A DNA stretch of 64,000 bases from an uncultured Verrucomicrobiae bacterium (GTDB lineage: Bacteria; Chlamydiota; Chlamydiia; Chlamydiales; Rhabdochlamydiaceae): contig OY970364.1 in the NCBI GenBank assembly GCA_963718565.1, forward strand, positions 192,001 to 256,000, written 5' to 3'. The notes beneath the pieces are model-generated. The model saw only the letters and a program-made list of their open reading frames with translations, searched no databases and was not told the origin of the DNA. Positions 51,050-62,146 of the stretch are shown one piece after another. The position numbers were made by a program, and so were the translations under genes. Position 1 is the stretch's first letter, and each line of letters begins with the position of its first letter.

Positions 51050-51130
51050 GCTTTACGTGTGGTGATAGCTGAGATTGTGATATTAGCTAGGGATAAATAC
51101 TTTCAGCGGGCTATCGAAATAGGAGAGGAA

Positions 51131-51874
51131 TTATTTTTTAGGATTGTAGTTGGGATTCAAATCGCGAATCCAATCTTCGATCGTTTTGGGGTCAATTGCA
51201 TTAGTTTTTCCCATGATTTCTTGCGCCATAGACACAGCTTTTTTAAAAAGAGGCTGTTTCTGAATCGTTTGAAGAGAGAGCGTTTTATCTGCCTTCCAAA
51301 GACTTGCAGCAGCAACTCGGCAAAGCAATTTTCCTTGTTGTTCGGGACGGAACCGCCCCATGTCGTATGCAAGAATACCACGCTTTAAATCTTCTTCCTG
51401 CCCTGGTTGGGATAATTTTTGATTTTCTGGCTCTTGAATAGGGAATGGCAGATTTTTCGATTTCATCCATTGAACTACACTGGAAGCGGGGAGATTTCGT
51501 TCGCTAGAACTAAAGTCAAAGGGGTCTGGTTTGGGAAAGCCTCGTTCTAACAAATCTTCCAAGTTCTCTTCATCTAACCAACGAATGAAATGAGGGATTG
51601 GATTGGTATACTCCTTTTGAGGAAAATGCACTCGAAGATAACTTAAAAATTCTCGATGAGCTTCGTCTACGGTTTTTCCCAGTGGACAATCTAGAATGCG
51701 CTCGGGAATTACGCCATAAAACAGTAAAATGATTTCGTGAAAAGACAGCGTATCCACCCTTTTCCAATATTGGAGTTCTTTGTTTGTCAGGCTAAATAAC
51801 CTTTTGACAATTGAAAGGGGAGATTCATTCTCCAATGAATTAGCTTCTGTGTGATTTTTAGTCTTAGTTTTCAT
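51131..51874 (-). CDS. hypothetical protein, putative regulator similar to 29755..30477
   Basis: Overlaps int stop; KLLCRVAAASLW...KTIEDWIRD. Confidence 0.65.
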   Translation of the reverse strand: MKTKTKNHTEANSLENESPLSIVKRLFSLTNKELQYWKRVDTLSFHEIILLFYGVIPERILDCPLGKTVDEAHREFLSYLRVHFPQKEYTNPIPHFIRWLDEENLEDLLERGFPKPDPFDFSSSERNLPASSVVQWMKSKNLPFPIQEPENQKLSQPGQEEDLKRGILAYDMGRFRPEQQGKLLCRVAAASLWKADKTLSLQTIQKQPLFKKAVSMAQEIMGKTNAIDPKTIEDWIRDLNPNYNPKK

Positions 51875-52967
51875 GGAGTAGTTCCTCGAGGCGATTGACG
51901 AGTTTTCGTTTATGCGCGTTTGCTAAATGGGAATATCGTTTCGTGGTCTGCAAACTTTTATGGCCTAAAATTTCGGCCACTTCTCGAGTAGAGGTTCCAT
52001 CCATGGTTAAATAGCTTGCAGTTGTGTGACGAATGTCATGGAAGCGAAAGTCTTGAAGAGCGGCGCGCTTGACGACGGTCTCCCAGGCAGAGCGAATGCA
52101 CACAGGCTGATTAGGGTCTCTGGGAGAGGGAAAGAGCAAGTTTGATCCTTCAATAGGCCGATTTTTAATCATCTCGAGAATTTGATCGCTGATAGGTAAT
52201 GTCCGATTATCGCCGTTTTTCGTATCGAGGAGGAGGAAGATGCGATTCTCTAGATCGACCTCTCTAGCTCTTATGCCTAAAATTTCGGATTTTCTGGCTC
52301 CAGTCGTTAAAGCAATGAGAAAAATGAGGAGAAGGTCTTTGTTTTGGCTCCGTTTGCACTCTTCTGTAAGCCTAATGAGTTCCTCTTTGCTTAAGTAACG
52401 GACTCGGCCTGGAGGAGATTTGGGCTTTCTTACTTTGAGGCAGGGGTTTTCGTTCATCCATTGCCATTCGGTTACTGCAGTGCTAAGAACATGAGAAAGG
52501 CTCGCCAAGTATCTAGAGACGGTGCTGTTGGAGCGCAGTTGTTCTGGACGGATGTTTTCAGCAAGCATCTTATCGCGCACCTCGGCGATGACTGATTGGT
52601 TGAGACGGCTTAGCTTAAGATGGCCAAGTTCTGCTTCCCATCGATTGAGGTGTCTTGCGACGTTTTCGCCATCGTTCGTTTTAAGAGGAAGAATTTCTCT
52701 TCGATAGCGACGAATGGCATCAGCAACTGTATGTTGATCGGCTTTTGAAAAGCTGACATAGAGTCCCTTTTCAATTTGGCCTTCTGTGACTCGTTTCCAA
52801 CGCTTGGCATGAGTGAGGCATTTAAAGTTTTTTGATACGGGCTTGTGCCCCTTGATCCGAATACGAACTCTATAACGGTAAGTTCCATCTTCGAGTGGCA
52901 GGCGATCAATGCCTGGAGGAATATTCATGGCGTCTCCTTGTGTCTGTTTTTTCAAAGAGTTAGCCAT
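51864..52967 (-). CDS. tyrosine integrase (element C)
   Basis: GARKSE, TKNG, FHDIRH, LGH, RYSH. Confidence 0.95.
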   Translation of the reverse strand: MANSLKKQTQGDAMNIPPGIDRLPLEDGTYRYRVRIRIKGHKPVSKNFKCLTHAKRWKRVTEGQIEKGLYVSFSKADQHTVADAIRRYRREILPLKTNDGENVARHLNRWEAELGHLKLSRLNQSVIAEVRDKMLAENIRPEQLRSNSTVSRYLASLSHVLSTAVTEWQWMNENPCLKVRKPKSPPGRVRYLSKEELIRLTEECKRSQNKDLLLIFLIALTTGARKSEILGIRAREVDLENRIFLLLDTKNGDNRTLPISDQILEMIKNRPIEGSNLLFPSPRDPNQPVCIRSAWETVVKRAALQDFRFHDIRHTTASYLTMDGTSTREVAEILGHKSLQTTKRYSHLANAHKRKLVNRLEELLHEN

Positions 52968-53095
52968 GCGATTGTTTGTCCTCCGATGTAGACTTTTGCT
53001 GTTTAGTGGTCAGCCATTGGTCATCAGAGAGTAGCAAACATTTTAGTGAGAGCCAATTAATTTCTTATGTCGCTGATAATCAGCTAGATGAAATG

Positions 53096-53142
53096 TGGGG
53101 CAAGCAGGACTTGAACCTGCGACCAGCGGGTTATGAGTCCGC
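53096..53142 (-). repeat. att site: variant tRNA(CAT) 3' half, C/D junction
   Basis: 41/47 identical to the other two copies; compensated T stem GCAGG/CCTGC. Confidence 0.88.
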
Positions 53143-53273
53143 AGCACCCATGCTACTTCCCAGCAGCTAACTTCCCGAAATCATAGCGGAAAGCGCCCCT
53201 TTCCAGCTACCGCGATCTATCGTCATTTATCGCACTTTTTTGTATGCCAGTGGTCCACAAATGGTCCACGGAA

Positions 53274-54644
53274 TTAGATTGATCTATAGGCATGAAGAGC
53301 TTCTTTTGCTGCCTTTTCATGATTGGTCATTGGAGCTGGATATTTTTTGCATCCAGCACGGTACTTTTCCTCATACCACGCATGAATGGCTTTAGGCGGG
53401 AAATCGCGAAGTTCAGGAATCCACTTTTTAATATAAGTACATTCAGGATCGAATTTCTTCTGCTGGTTCCAAGGATTGAAAATGCGAAAATAAGGCTGGG
53501 CATCGCTCCCAGTGCTAGCTACCCATTGCCAATTTCCATTATTTACAGCAGGGTCGTAATCAACCAAGCTTTGCGCAAAGTATTTTTCACCCCATCTCCA
53601 ATCGATGTGTAAGTCTTTGATGAGAAATGAGGCTGCAATCATTCGAACGCGGTTATGCATAAAACCTGTTTCGTTCATCTCTCTCATTCCTGCATCGACA
53701 ATCGGAAAACCGGTAGAGCCTTCGCACCATCGTTGATAAGCTTTTTTGTTATAGGACCACTTGAGCTTATCAAATTTGGGATGGAAAGCACCCTGAAAGA
53801 CGTGAGGAAAGAAAAATGCAATCGATGTAAAAAAGTCTCTCCAGTAGAGAGCTCGGATCAGCTCGTGGTGCGGACTTAAATTACGGCAGATTGCCGCATA
53901 AACTTCGCGAGGAGAGCAGACGGTGAATTTCAGATAAGGAGAGAGATGTGTAGAGTATTCTTCTGCTGGAAAATCTCTCAGGCTTCCATATTTACCAAAA
54001 GAACCTAACTTTTTGAGAATTTTGAGAGCCTCCGACCTTCCTCCGATCAACTCATTCTCTACAGTTGGCTTGGGAAAGGACGACTTATCTTCTGCAAAAG
54101 GGATCGATCCGCGGAAGTAGTTGGTCCCTTTGGTTTGCATGGGAGGCAATACTTTCTGTTTTGAAGCATTGCGAAAATAGGGTGTGAAAATTGAGTAAGG
54201 CTTTCCATCTTTTTTCAGAGTCTCTTCAGGTGGATGAAGGAGAGCATCATCGAATGAATAAAATGGAATGTGGTCTGTTTTGCAGACTTTTTCGAGCTTT
54301 TTGTCTCTTTGAAGGCTGTAGGGAGTATAGTCCCGATTTACGATCAAAGCCTCGATGTTGAGTTCGCGAATACATTTGCTTACAACTTCTTCGGGCTTTC
54401 CCTTAAAAAAGAAGAGCTTACCTCCTTTTTTCTTCAGCTGGTTTTCGAGATCTTTGAGAGATTCAATCATAAATTTCAGGCAATGATCGCTTCTAAAAGG
54501 ATTTCTCTCGATTTGTTCTGGCGTGAAAATGAAGGCAGGAATGACAACTTCCGAAGACTTCAACGCAAAAATAAGCCCTGTATTATCCTCAAGTCGCAAA
54601 TCGCGCCTGAATAAAAAGAGGGATTTTCGAAATTTCTTCTCCAT
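53274..54644 (-). CDS. phrB: deoxyribodipyrimidine photolyase
   Basis: FRRDLRLEDN, LSPYL, TGFPIVDAGMR, MHNRVRM, NNGNWQW, RIFNP. Confidence 0.92.
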   Translation of the reverse strand: MEKKFRKSLFLFRRDLRLEDNTGLIFALKSSEVVIPAFIFTPEQIERNPFRSDHCLKFMIESLKDLENQLKKKGGKLFFFKGKPEEVVSKCIRELNIEALIVNRDYTPYSLQRDKKLEKVCKTDHIPFYSFDDALLHPPEETLKKDGKPYSIFTPYFRNASKQKVLPPMQTKGTNYFRGSIPFAEDKSSFPKPTVENELIGGRSEALKILKKLGSFGKYGSLRDFPAEEYSTHLSPYLKFTVCSPREVYAAICRNLSPHHELIRALYWRDFFTSIAFFFPHVFQGAFHPKFDKLKWSYNKKAYQRWCEGSTGFPIVDAGMREMNETGFMHNRVRMIAASFLIKDLHIDWRWGEKYFAQSLVDYDPAVNNGNWQWVASTGSDAQPYFRIFNPWNQQKKFDPECTYIKKWIPELRDFPPKAIHAWYEEKYRAGCKKYPAPMTNHEKAAKEALHAYRSI

Positions 54645-54646
54645 TT

Positions 54647-56080
54647 TTATCCCTTTGCGATGTGCTTTGCCAATTGGCTAAAAATAAGAGCATGAAACGG
54701 GTAAAGACTATACCAATAAAACCTACCCCAGACTCCATTGGGACGAAAAGAGGCTGTTTGTTTCAGAGTCCCTCCTGTTTCATGAGGGATGATCTCAAAT
54801 TCAAGCCACGCTTCACCTGGCAATTTCATTTCAGCATAGAGAAGCAAGCGTCGATTTTTTTCATCTGCTAACAAAACGCGCCAGAAATCGAGAGCGTCTC
54901 CTACTTTTAGCCGCGTCGGATGAGTTCTGCCTCGGCGCAGCCCAATTCCTCCCACCAATTTATCCAGAAAACCCCTGAGTTTCCAAGCCCAATTCATTGC
55001 AAGCCAACCCCGATCTCCGCCTAGAGACCAAATCCGTTTTTGCACTTGTTCTATAGGACAAGAAAAAGGAATGATCCGTCTATCGCTCAAGATGCCGAAT
55101 TTAGGAACGTGGACATAAATGGAAAGATCGGGATTTAAAGCGGAGCCGCTTAAAGTATCTTTCCAGCTTGAAGGTACCCAATCTTCTTCGGTACGGGTAA
55201 AAGCCAGTTGCAGCGCCTCTTCATAAGAGAGTAGTTTTCTAGGAAAAAGCGTTTGAATTCGGTTTTCTTTGCAAACCGCATTATTAATGAGACTTTCGAC
55301 TAGGAAACGGGCAAGTGAAAAGCTTGTGCTAGTCACAAAGAAAAGCCAGTAGGAGGAGAGGCGCGGTGTAAGAACGGGAACCGTAAAAATTTTCCGCTTC
55401 AACCCCCGCATTTTAGCGAAATTTAATAGAAGGTCTTTGTAGCTCATGACATCAGGTCCTCCGATCTCAAAAGATTGACCAAAGCAGGCAGGATTGCCCA
55501 AAACAAGCGTCAGATAAGCTAGAACATCGCTTATGGCGATCGGTTGGGTGAGCTGCTTAAGCCATTTTGGGGCAATCATAATGGGCAGTTTTTCAACCAA
55601 GTCTCGGATAATTTCAAATGAAGCACTTCCTGAACCGATGATGATTCCAGCCATTAAAATAGTCACAGGAACTTTTCCTTCTCGGAGGATTTCTCCTACC
55701 CTTTTTCTCGAGGTTAAATGACGGGAAAGATGGGCTTCATTTGAGAGACCGCTCAAGTAGATGATTTGTTTCGCTTGTGTATTTTCCAATCGACTCACAA
55801 AATTTTTTGCTGAAGCAGCTTCTAATTCGGAAAATTTTTGCGAATAACTCATTGAATGGACTAGATAGTAAGCTACATCGATATCATCCGGAATCTTTAG
55901 CAAAGAGGAAGGATTAAGGAGATCAGCTTCAATGACATGAAGTTGAGATTGAAATTTCTCGGGAATTTCAATTCGAGAACGGCTTCTTACCAGGGCATAG
56001 ATCTCATGCCCCTCCTCTACCAAACGAGGAAGAAGGCGAGTTCCAATATACCCATTAGCTCCAGTAAGTAAGATTTTCAT
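54647..56080 (-). CDS. SDR/NAD-binding protein with DUF2867 (YbjT-like)
   Basis: TGANGYIG, YYLVHSM, GSGSASFE, GDALDFWRV, AEMKLPGEAWL. Confidence 0.9.
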   Translation of the reverse strand: MKILLTGANGYIGTRLLPRLVEEGHEIYALVRSRSRIEIPEKFQSQLHVIEADLLNPSSLLKIPDDIDVAYYLVHSMSYSQKFSELEAASAKNFVSRLENTQAKQIIYLSGLSNEAHLSRHLTSRKRVGEILREGKVPVTILMAGIIIGSGSASFEIIRDLVEKLPIMIAPKWLKQLTQPIAISDVLAYLTLVLGNPACFGQSFEIGGPDVMSYKDLLLNFAKMRGLKRKIFTVPVLTPRLSSYWLFFVTSTSFSLARFLVESLINNAVCKENRIQTLFPRKLLSYEEALQLAFTRTEEDWVPSSWKDTLSGSALNPDLSIYVHVPKFGILSDRRIIPFSCPIEQVQKRIWSLGGDRGWLAMNWAWKLRGFLDKLVGGIGLRRGRTHPTRLKVGDALDFWRVLLADEKNRRLLLYAEMKLPGEAWLEFEIIPHETGGTLKQTASFRPNGVWGRFYWYSLYPFHALIFSQLAKHIAKG

Positions 56081-56092
56081 AGTCTACTCTGG

Positions 56093-57130
56093 CTAAGGGG
56101 TTAATATCACTTTCAACGCTTTTTGTTCAGCAGCATGACCAAAGACTTCATAAGCTCGCATAGCATCTGCTAAGGCAAAATGATGAGTGATCAACTTCTC
56201 TGGCTGTAGTTGATCATTTTCGACGAGACGCAATAAATTAGGGATAGAAAAGGTATCTACTAGAGCTGTCGTGAGAGTTATATTTCGATCCCAAAGTTTT
56301 TCGAGGTGTAAGTCCACGCTTTTTCCATGGACGCCAATGTTCGCGAGATAGCCTCCAGGAGCGAGGATCGCTTGGCATATGTTAAAGGCTTCGGGGGTGC
56401 CGACTGCTTCTACTGAAACATCCACCCCTTTTTGGCGAGTGTGTTCTAAAATCTTTAGCACAGCTTTCCCGTCTCTCCCGTTGATAGTTAGGGTCGCTCC
56501 TAGTTTTTTGGCTACCTCTAAGCGAAAATCATCTACATCCACCAAGATGATTTGGCTGGGAAAGTAGAATTGGGCTGTCAATAAAACGGCTAAACCTATT
56601 GGCCCTGCGCCTATAATCGCGACAGTATCGCCCAATTTTATTTGTCCCTTTAAAACTCCTGCTTCGTAGCCCGTTGGGAAAATATCGCTCAACAAGACAA
56701 GTGCTTCCTCATTTAGATGCGGAGGGAGCTGATGAAGGCTTGTGTCAGCGTAAGGAATGCGTACATATTCAGCTTGGGTTCCATCAATGCGGTGTCCGAG
56801 CAGCCATCTTCCATCAGAACAGTGGGAGTACATTTTCTCTTTGCAATGAGCGCAGCGTCCACAAGAAGTAATGCAAGAAATAAGGACTTTATCTCCTATT
56901 TTAAAATCTAAAACTCCTTCTCCAATTGCTTCAATAACGCCGATTCCTTCATGTCCCAGTGTGCGGCCTACGTCAACTGTAGGGACGTCGCCTTTACAGA
57001 TATGAAGATCTGTGCCGCAAATCGTTGTTTTCAAAATTTTCACAAGGCAGTCTGTCGGTTTTTCAAGGCGGGGTTTAGGCTTTTCTTCGAGGGCGAGTTT
57101 CCCAGGACCACGATATACGACTGCTTTCAT
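56093..57130 (-). CDS. zinc-dependent alcohol dehydrogenase
   Basis: TICGTDLH, GHEG, CGRCAHC, GAGPIG. Confidence 0.93.
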   Translation of the reverse strand: MKAVVYRGPGKLALEEKPKPRLEKPTDCLVKILKTTICGTDLHICKGDVPTVDVGRTLGHEGIGVIEAIGEGVLDFKIGDKVLISCITSCGRCAHCKEKMYSHCSDGRWLLGHRIDGTQAEYVRIPYADTSLHQLPPHLNEEALVLLSDIFPTGYEAGVLKGQIKLGDTVAIIGAGPIGLAVLLTAQFYFPSQIILVDVDDFRLEVAKKLGATLTINGRDGKAVLKILEHTRQKGVDVSVEAVGTPEAFNICQAILAPGGYLANIGVHGKSVDLHLEKLWDRNITLTTALVDTFSIPNLLRLVENDQLQPEKLITHHFALADAMRAYEVFGHAAEQKALKVILTP

Positions 57131-57158
57131 CTTTTTACTTCCTATAAGTCGAGTGGAT

Positions 57159-59776
57159 TCATTTTCTTTGAGCCTTTGTATGCTTTTTATTTTTCAGAAT
57201 TTCCTGCTCCGCTTGTCTCCAATCCTGATCCGCTAGACCGTCCTGGTGGCCTCGCTGCTCATATAGTTCGTAGGCGCGTTTAGAGATCTGTGAGGTTAAA
57301 TCAGAGGATGTCATGGATTTAACTGGATCAAAAATCCGATAGGCAAGCCATTTTACTTGATCATTTAGGAGGAACCATACAATGGCATAGCCCCAAACAA
57401 AACCGGCCCATTTCCAGCCTAGAGGAGTCATAAGTAGCCCATAAACAGCAATCAAAGTCGCTATCATTTGCGTGCCGAGGACTGCTCCCCATAAAATATT
57501 TGCAGGTCGGATAGTCCAGAACGGACCCCGAGTACGCGTCAGGAAAATCGTCAGGTGCCCGGCTACGGATAATTTCAAATACATCAGCGTTTGGATATGT
57601 GGACGGTCAAGATGAAAGACGCGCTCGCCAAGATAAAATAAACCGAAGGCAGACACGACGCCGATGAGGCCCAAGGCTGTGGCAACCCCAAGCACCATCT
57701 TCATGTTCCATCCTTCAGGCTGATTCTTATAGTGAACATTGTCATAGGCAATAGATAGAATGGCGCCGTCGTTGAGCAATGCCAGCATCACGATCATCAC
57801 AGCTGTCAATGGATAGAAATTAAAGATCAGAATGGCCAGCGTCATGAAAAACAGCACGCGCAGCGTCTCGGCAATCCGATAGATCGCGTAGCTGTTCATT
57901 CGTTGAAAAATTTTTCGGCTCTCCTTGATCGCATCAATGATTACAGAGAGGCCTGGAGTTAGCAACACAATGGCCGCTGCCGCGCGCGCTGCGTCCGTCG
58001 CGCTTGAAACAGCGATGCCGCAGTCGGCTTTTTTCAGTGCAGGAGCGTCATTCACTCCATCGCCCGTCATACCAACGATATGGCCTCGTTTTTGCAGGAC
58101 ATCTACAATATGAAACTTGTGTTCAGGAAACACCTGGGCAAAACCGTCAGCCTTCTCGATCGACTCGGCAACTTGAGCTGTCTCTTGCTTCTTGACATCG
58201 CCAAGGCCGGTAGCATCGAGAATGTCTGTGCCCATTCCTAATTTTTTAGCAGTTTCCTTGGCAATGGCCAGTTGATCACCCGTGACCATCTTGACTTTCA
58301 CACCCATTTGAGTTGCGGTCTCAATGGTTGCCTTAGCATCTTCTCTCGGTGGATCGAACAGGGGTAATACGCCAAGAAACTGCCATCCTCCCTCTCCATC
58401 TGCCGGGCTACTCCAAGCGATCGAAATCCACGTGCTGCGAATTCATTGACGGCTTTTTCAACTTCAGCTTTTACTTGGGCCGCATTAGCCGATAAGGCCA
58501 AAATCACTTGAGGCGCCCCCTTGGTCACCTTGAACTCTTTACCATCCTGGCCTTTGATAACGGCTTCGGTCCGTTTATGCACCGCATCAAACGGCTGAAA
58601 ATGGACCATTTGATAACCCTTCAATGCATCTTTATTTTTTAAACCGCCCAAAACAGCGAGATCAATGGTGTCGTTATTTTCCGCGCGCGATGCAAGAGCG
58701 GCATAGAGAATCACTTGCTCAGCGGGGATATTATTTACGCTGAACGGATCGCCGAGTGTTAGCTTGTTCTGGGTCAAAGTGCCGGTCTTGTCCGCACACA
58801 GGATGTCTACGCCTGCCAACTCCTCGATAGCCACGAGCCGACTCACAATCGCTTGTTTTTTGGCGAGCAAGCGAGCCCCGACCGCCATTGTTACAGACAA
58901 TACCGTTGGCATTGCTACGGGGATCGAAGCAACGGTCAGGACTAAGGCAAACTGCAGCGTGGTGAGGATCGGATCTCCTCGGAAGATCGCAACGGTTATG
59001 ATTCCCGCAACCAAAACGCCTGCGAGAATGATCAGATAATTGCCGATCTTCAAAACCGCTTTTTGAAAATGACTAACTGTGTGCGCTTCTTGTACTAGTT
59101 GTGCCGTTTTACCGAAGTAGGTATTCATACCGGTTCCGTAGACGAATGCTTCGATTTCTCCTTGCCGGACAATCGACCCTGAAAACACCGACTCTCCAGA
59201 TTTGCGTGTGACAGGCAATGATTCTCCCGTCAAAGCAGACTGATCTACTTCGACAGGATCGCCATCTAGAAGCTTTGCATCCGCAGGTACAATGTCGCCC
59301 GAGCGCAATCGGATAACGTCTCCTGGAACCAACTCGCGTGCCGCCGGAGTGATCCACTTTCCATCGCGCTTCACTCGGGCCTTGACCGCAAGCTGGGCTT
59401 TCAGGGCAGCAATAGCGCCTGCTGCCTTATGTTCTTCCCAGAATCCGACTACTGCATTGGCAAGAAGTAAAAGGAGAATAATGAAAAAATCTGGCCAGTG
59501 GCGAACCACGCCGGATAGAATCACCGCTATTTCAATCATCCATGGGATAGGTCCCCAAAAATAGCTAAGAAATTTTAGAAATAGATTCGTTTTCTTTTCT
59601 TCGATCTCGTTAGACCCGTATTGAGTCAGCCGTTTTGCCGCTTCAGCTTCAGTAAGGCCATCAGGAGAGAATCCCAATTTTTTCTTAACCTCTTCCAGAG
59701 AGAGGGATTTTAGATCCTCATTCGCATTGGGATTTTTCAATACTGGAGCTTTAGGTTTATCGGCATTAGGTTCCAT
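57159..59776 (-). pseudogene. P-type IIIA proton-efflux ATPase with DUF2934-like tail; frameshift near 58403
   Basis: DKTGTLT, TGES, KGAPQ, GDGVNDAPALKKA; adding one base gives VARADGEGGWQFLGVLPLFDPPREDA. Confidence 0.88.
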
Positions 59777-62146
59777 TATTTAAAGTTACCCCACTTCCAA
59801 TTCCGGATTTCCGGCATGTCTTGACCGTGCTTGTCGATGTAGTGTTTGTGTTCGATGAGCTTGTCCTGCATCATCTGTTTGAGATAGGCCCCCTTAGCTC
59901 CCAAATTCGCTAGCCTGTCGATCACGTCTTGCACTAGATGAAAGCGGTCCAGGTCATTCTGAACCCGCATGTCAAAAGCTGTGGTGATTGTACCTTCTTC
60001 CTTGTAGCCTCGAACATGCAGATTTCTGTTGGTTCGGCGATACGTTAGTCGGTGGATCAGCGTGGGATATCCATGGAAGCCGAAGATGATGTGCTTATCT
60101 TTTGTAAAAAGAGAATCGTAATCCATCTCAGAGAGGCCGTGCGGATGCTCGCTTTGGGACTGGAGCTTCATCAAATCGACGACATTGACCACACGGATTT
60201 TCAGATCGGGCAGATGCTCGCGGAGGATGGAAACGGCAGCCAAGATTTCCAGTGTGGGTGTATCTCCGCAGCAGCCCATCACTACATCAGGCTCGGCATC
60301 CTGGTCGTTGCTAGCCCATTGCCAGATGCCAATTCCTTCTGTGCAGTGCACAACTGCAGCATCCATAGTCAGCCATTGAGGGAGAGGGTGTTTGCCCGCA
60401 ACTACCACATTGACGTAGTTGCGGCTGCGCAAACAGTGATCAAATACCGACAAGAGGCAGTTGGCATCAGGCGGCAGGTAAACCCGCACAATAGTAGCCT
60501 TTTTGTTGATCACGTGGTCGAGAAATCCGGGATCTTGATGCGTAAAGCCGTTATGATCCTGCTGCCAGACGTGAGAGGCGAGCAGGTAATTCAGGGAAGC
60601 GATCTTCCGGCGCCAAGGCAATTCTAAGCACACTTTCAGCCACTTAGCATGCTGGCTAAACATCGAATCGACAATGCGGATGAACGCCTCATAACTATTG
60701 AATAGACCGTGCCGCCCGGTCAGCAGATATCCTTCTAACCAACCTTCGCACTGGTGCTCGCTGAGCATTGAATCCAGCACTTGCCCTGCGGGTGCGAGGA
60801 ACTCATCACTATTTACTTCCCTCGCATCCCACTGACGGTTGGTGACTTCAAAGACGGCGCCCAAGAGATTCGAAAGCGTCTCATCTGGCCCGAAGATCCG
60901 AAAATTCCGTTGATCCTGATTCAATTTGGCTATGTCACGCAGAAAATTTCCCAATACGAGAGTATCTTGACCCTCAACAGCACCAGGCGCTGGCACATTG
61001 ACTGCGTGTTCATGAAAGTCCGGCATGCGCAAATCACGCAGCAGCAGACCGCCGTTGGCGTGAGGATTCGCTCCCATCCGCCGGTTACCTTTCGGCGCCA
61101 GTTCAGCCAATTCCGGTATAAGCTTTCCATTCTTATCAAATAATTCTTCTGCTTTGTAGCTCTTCATCCAGCTTTCAAGTTGCTGGACGTGCTCAGGATG
61201 CTCGGGGTTTACTAGAATCGGTACCTGGTGCGCTCGAAACGTGCCTTCAATTTGCAACCCATCGACGATTTTAGGCCCTGTCCAGCCTTTAGGCGATCTC
61301 AGGACAATCATTGGCCATCGCCGTCTTGTGGTGTCGTTTTTACTGCGTGCATTGTCTTGGATTTGGTGAATGTCTTCGATTGCCTTTTCCATAGACGCAG
61401 CCATGAGTTGATGCATCAACTCCGGTTCACAGCCTTCTACAAAGTAGGGCGTCCAGCCGCAGCCTCGTAAAAATTGCTCCAATTCCTCATGCTCGATGCG
61501 AGCCAAAACGGTTGGGTTGCTGATCTTATAGCCATTGAGGTGGAGGATTGGCAGCACAGCTCCATCAGTAATGGGATCGAGAAATTTATTGGACTGCCAC
61601 GCTGTTGCCAAAGGACCTGTTTCCGCTTCGCCGTCGCCAATGACACAGGCGACAATTAGATCGGGGTTGTCAAACACGGCTCCAAAGGCATGGCTAAGTG
61701 AATACCCCAGCTCGCCGCCTTCATGAATCGACCCTGGAGTTGTTGGGGCAACATGGCTGGAAATTCCGCCTGGAAACGAGAATTGCTTGAACAGCTTTTG
61801 CATTCCCGTTTCGTCTTGGCTGATATCCGGATAAATCTCACTATAGGAACCTTCGAGATATGTATTGGCTACGAGAGCCGGACCTCCATGGCCGGGACCT
61901 GCGATGTAAAACATATTCAGATCATATTTCTTGATCACCCGGTTCAAATGCACATAGATGAAATTCTGGCCTGGCGTTGTTCCCCAATGTCCGACCACGA
62001 GGGGCTTCACATCAGACAATGAATAGCGGCCGCTTTAGCAATGGATTATCGTAGAGATAAATCTGACCTACCGATAAATAGTTGGCGGCCCGCCAATAGG
62101 CATCCATCCTATGAAGTAGTTCTGGTGAAAGAATATTTATTGTCAT
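59776..62146 (-). pseudogene. xfp: phosphoketolase; frameshift near 62022
   Basis: [16 protein letters not shown] lies in another frame from [27 protein letters not shown]. Confidence 0.9.

Larger units (their letters stand above)
38647..53142. mobile_element. integrative element C (about 14.5 kb including three IS)
   Basis: Bounded by tRNA fragments; int, ORF, xis, DUF927 module; paired TGGTCA repeats at both ends. Confidence 0.83.

Noticed and set aside
21331..53142. Three tRNA genes
   Set aside because: Only anticodon-to-acceptor 3' halves are present, without D arm or 5' acceptor strand, so they are att remnants
9313..61143. Many antisense or overlapping ORFs (e.g. 9313..9948, 25810..26520, 60052..60627)
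   Set aside because: Shadows of well-supported genes on another strand or frame
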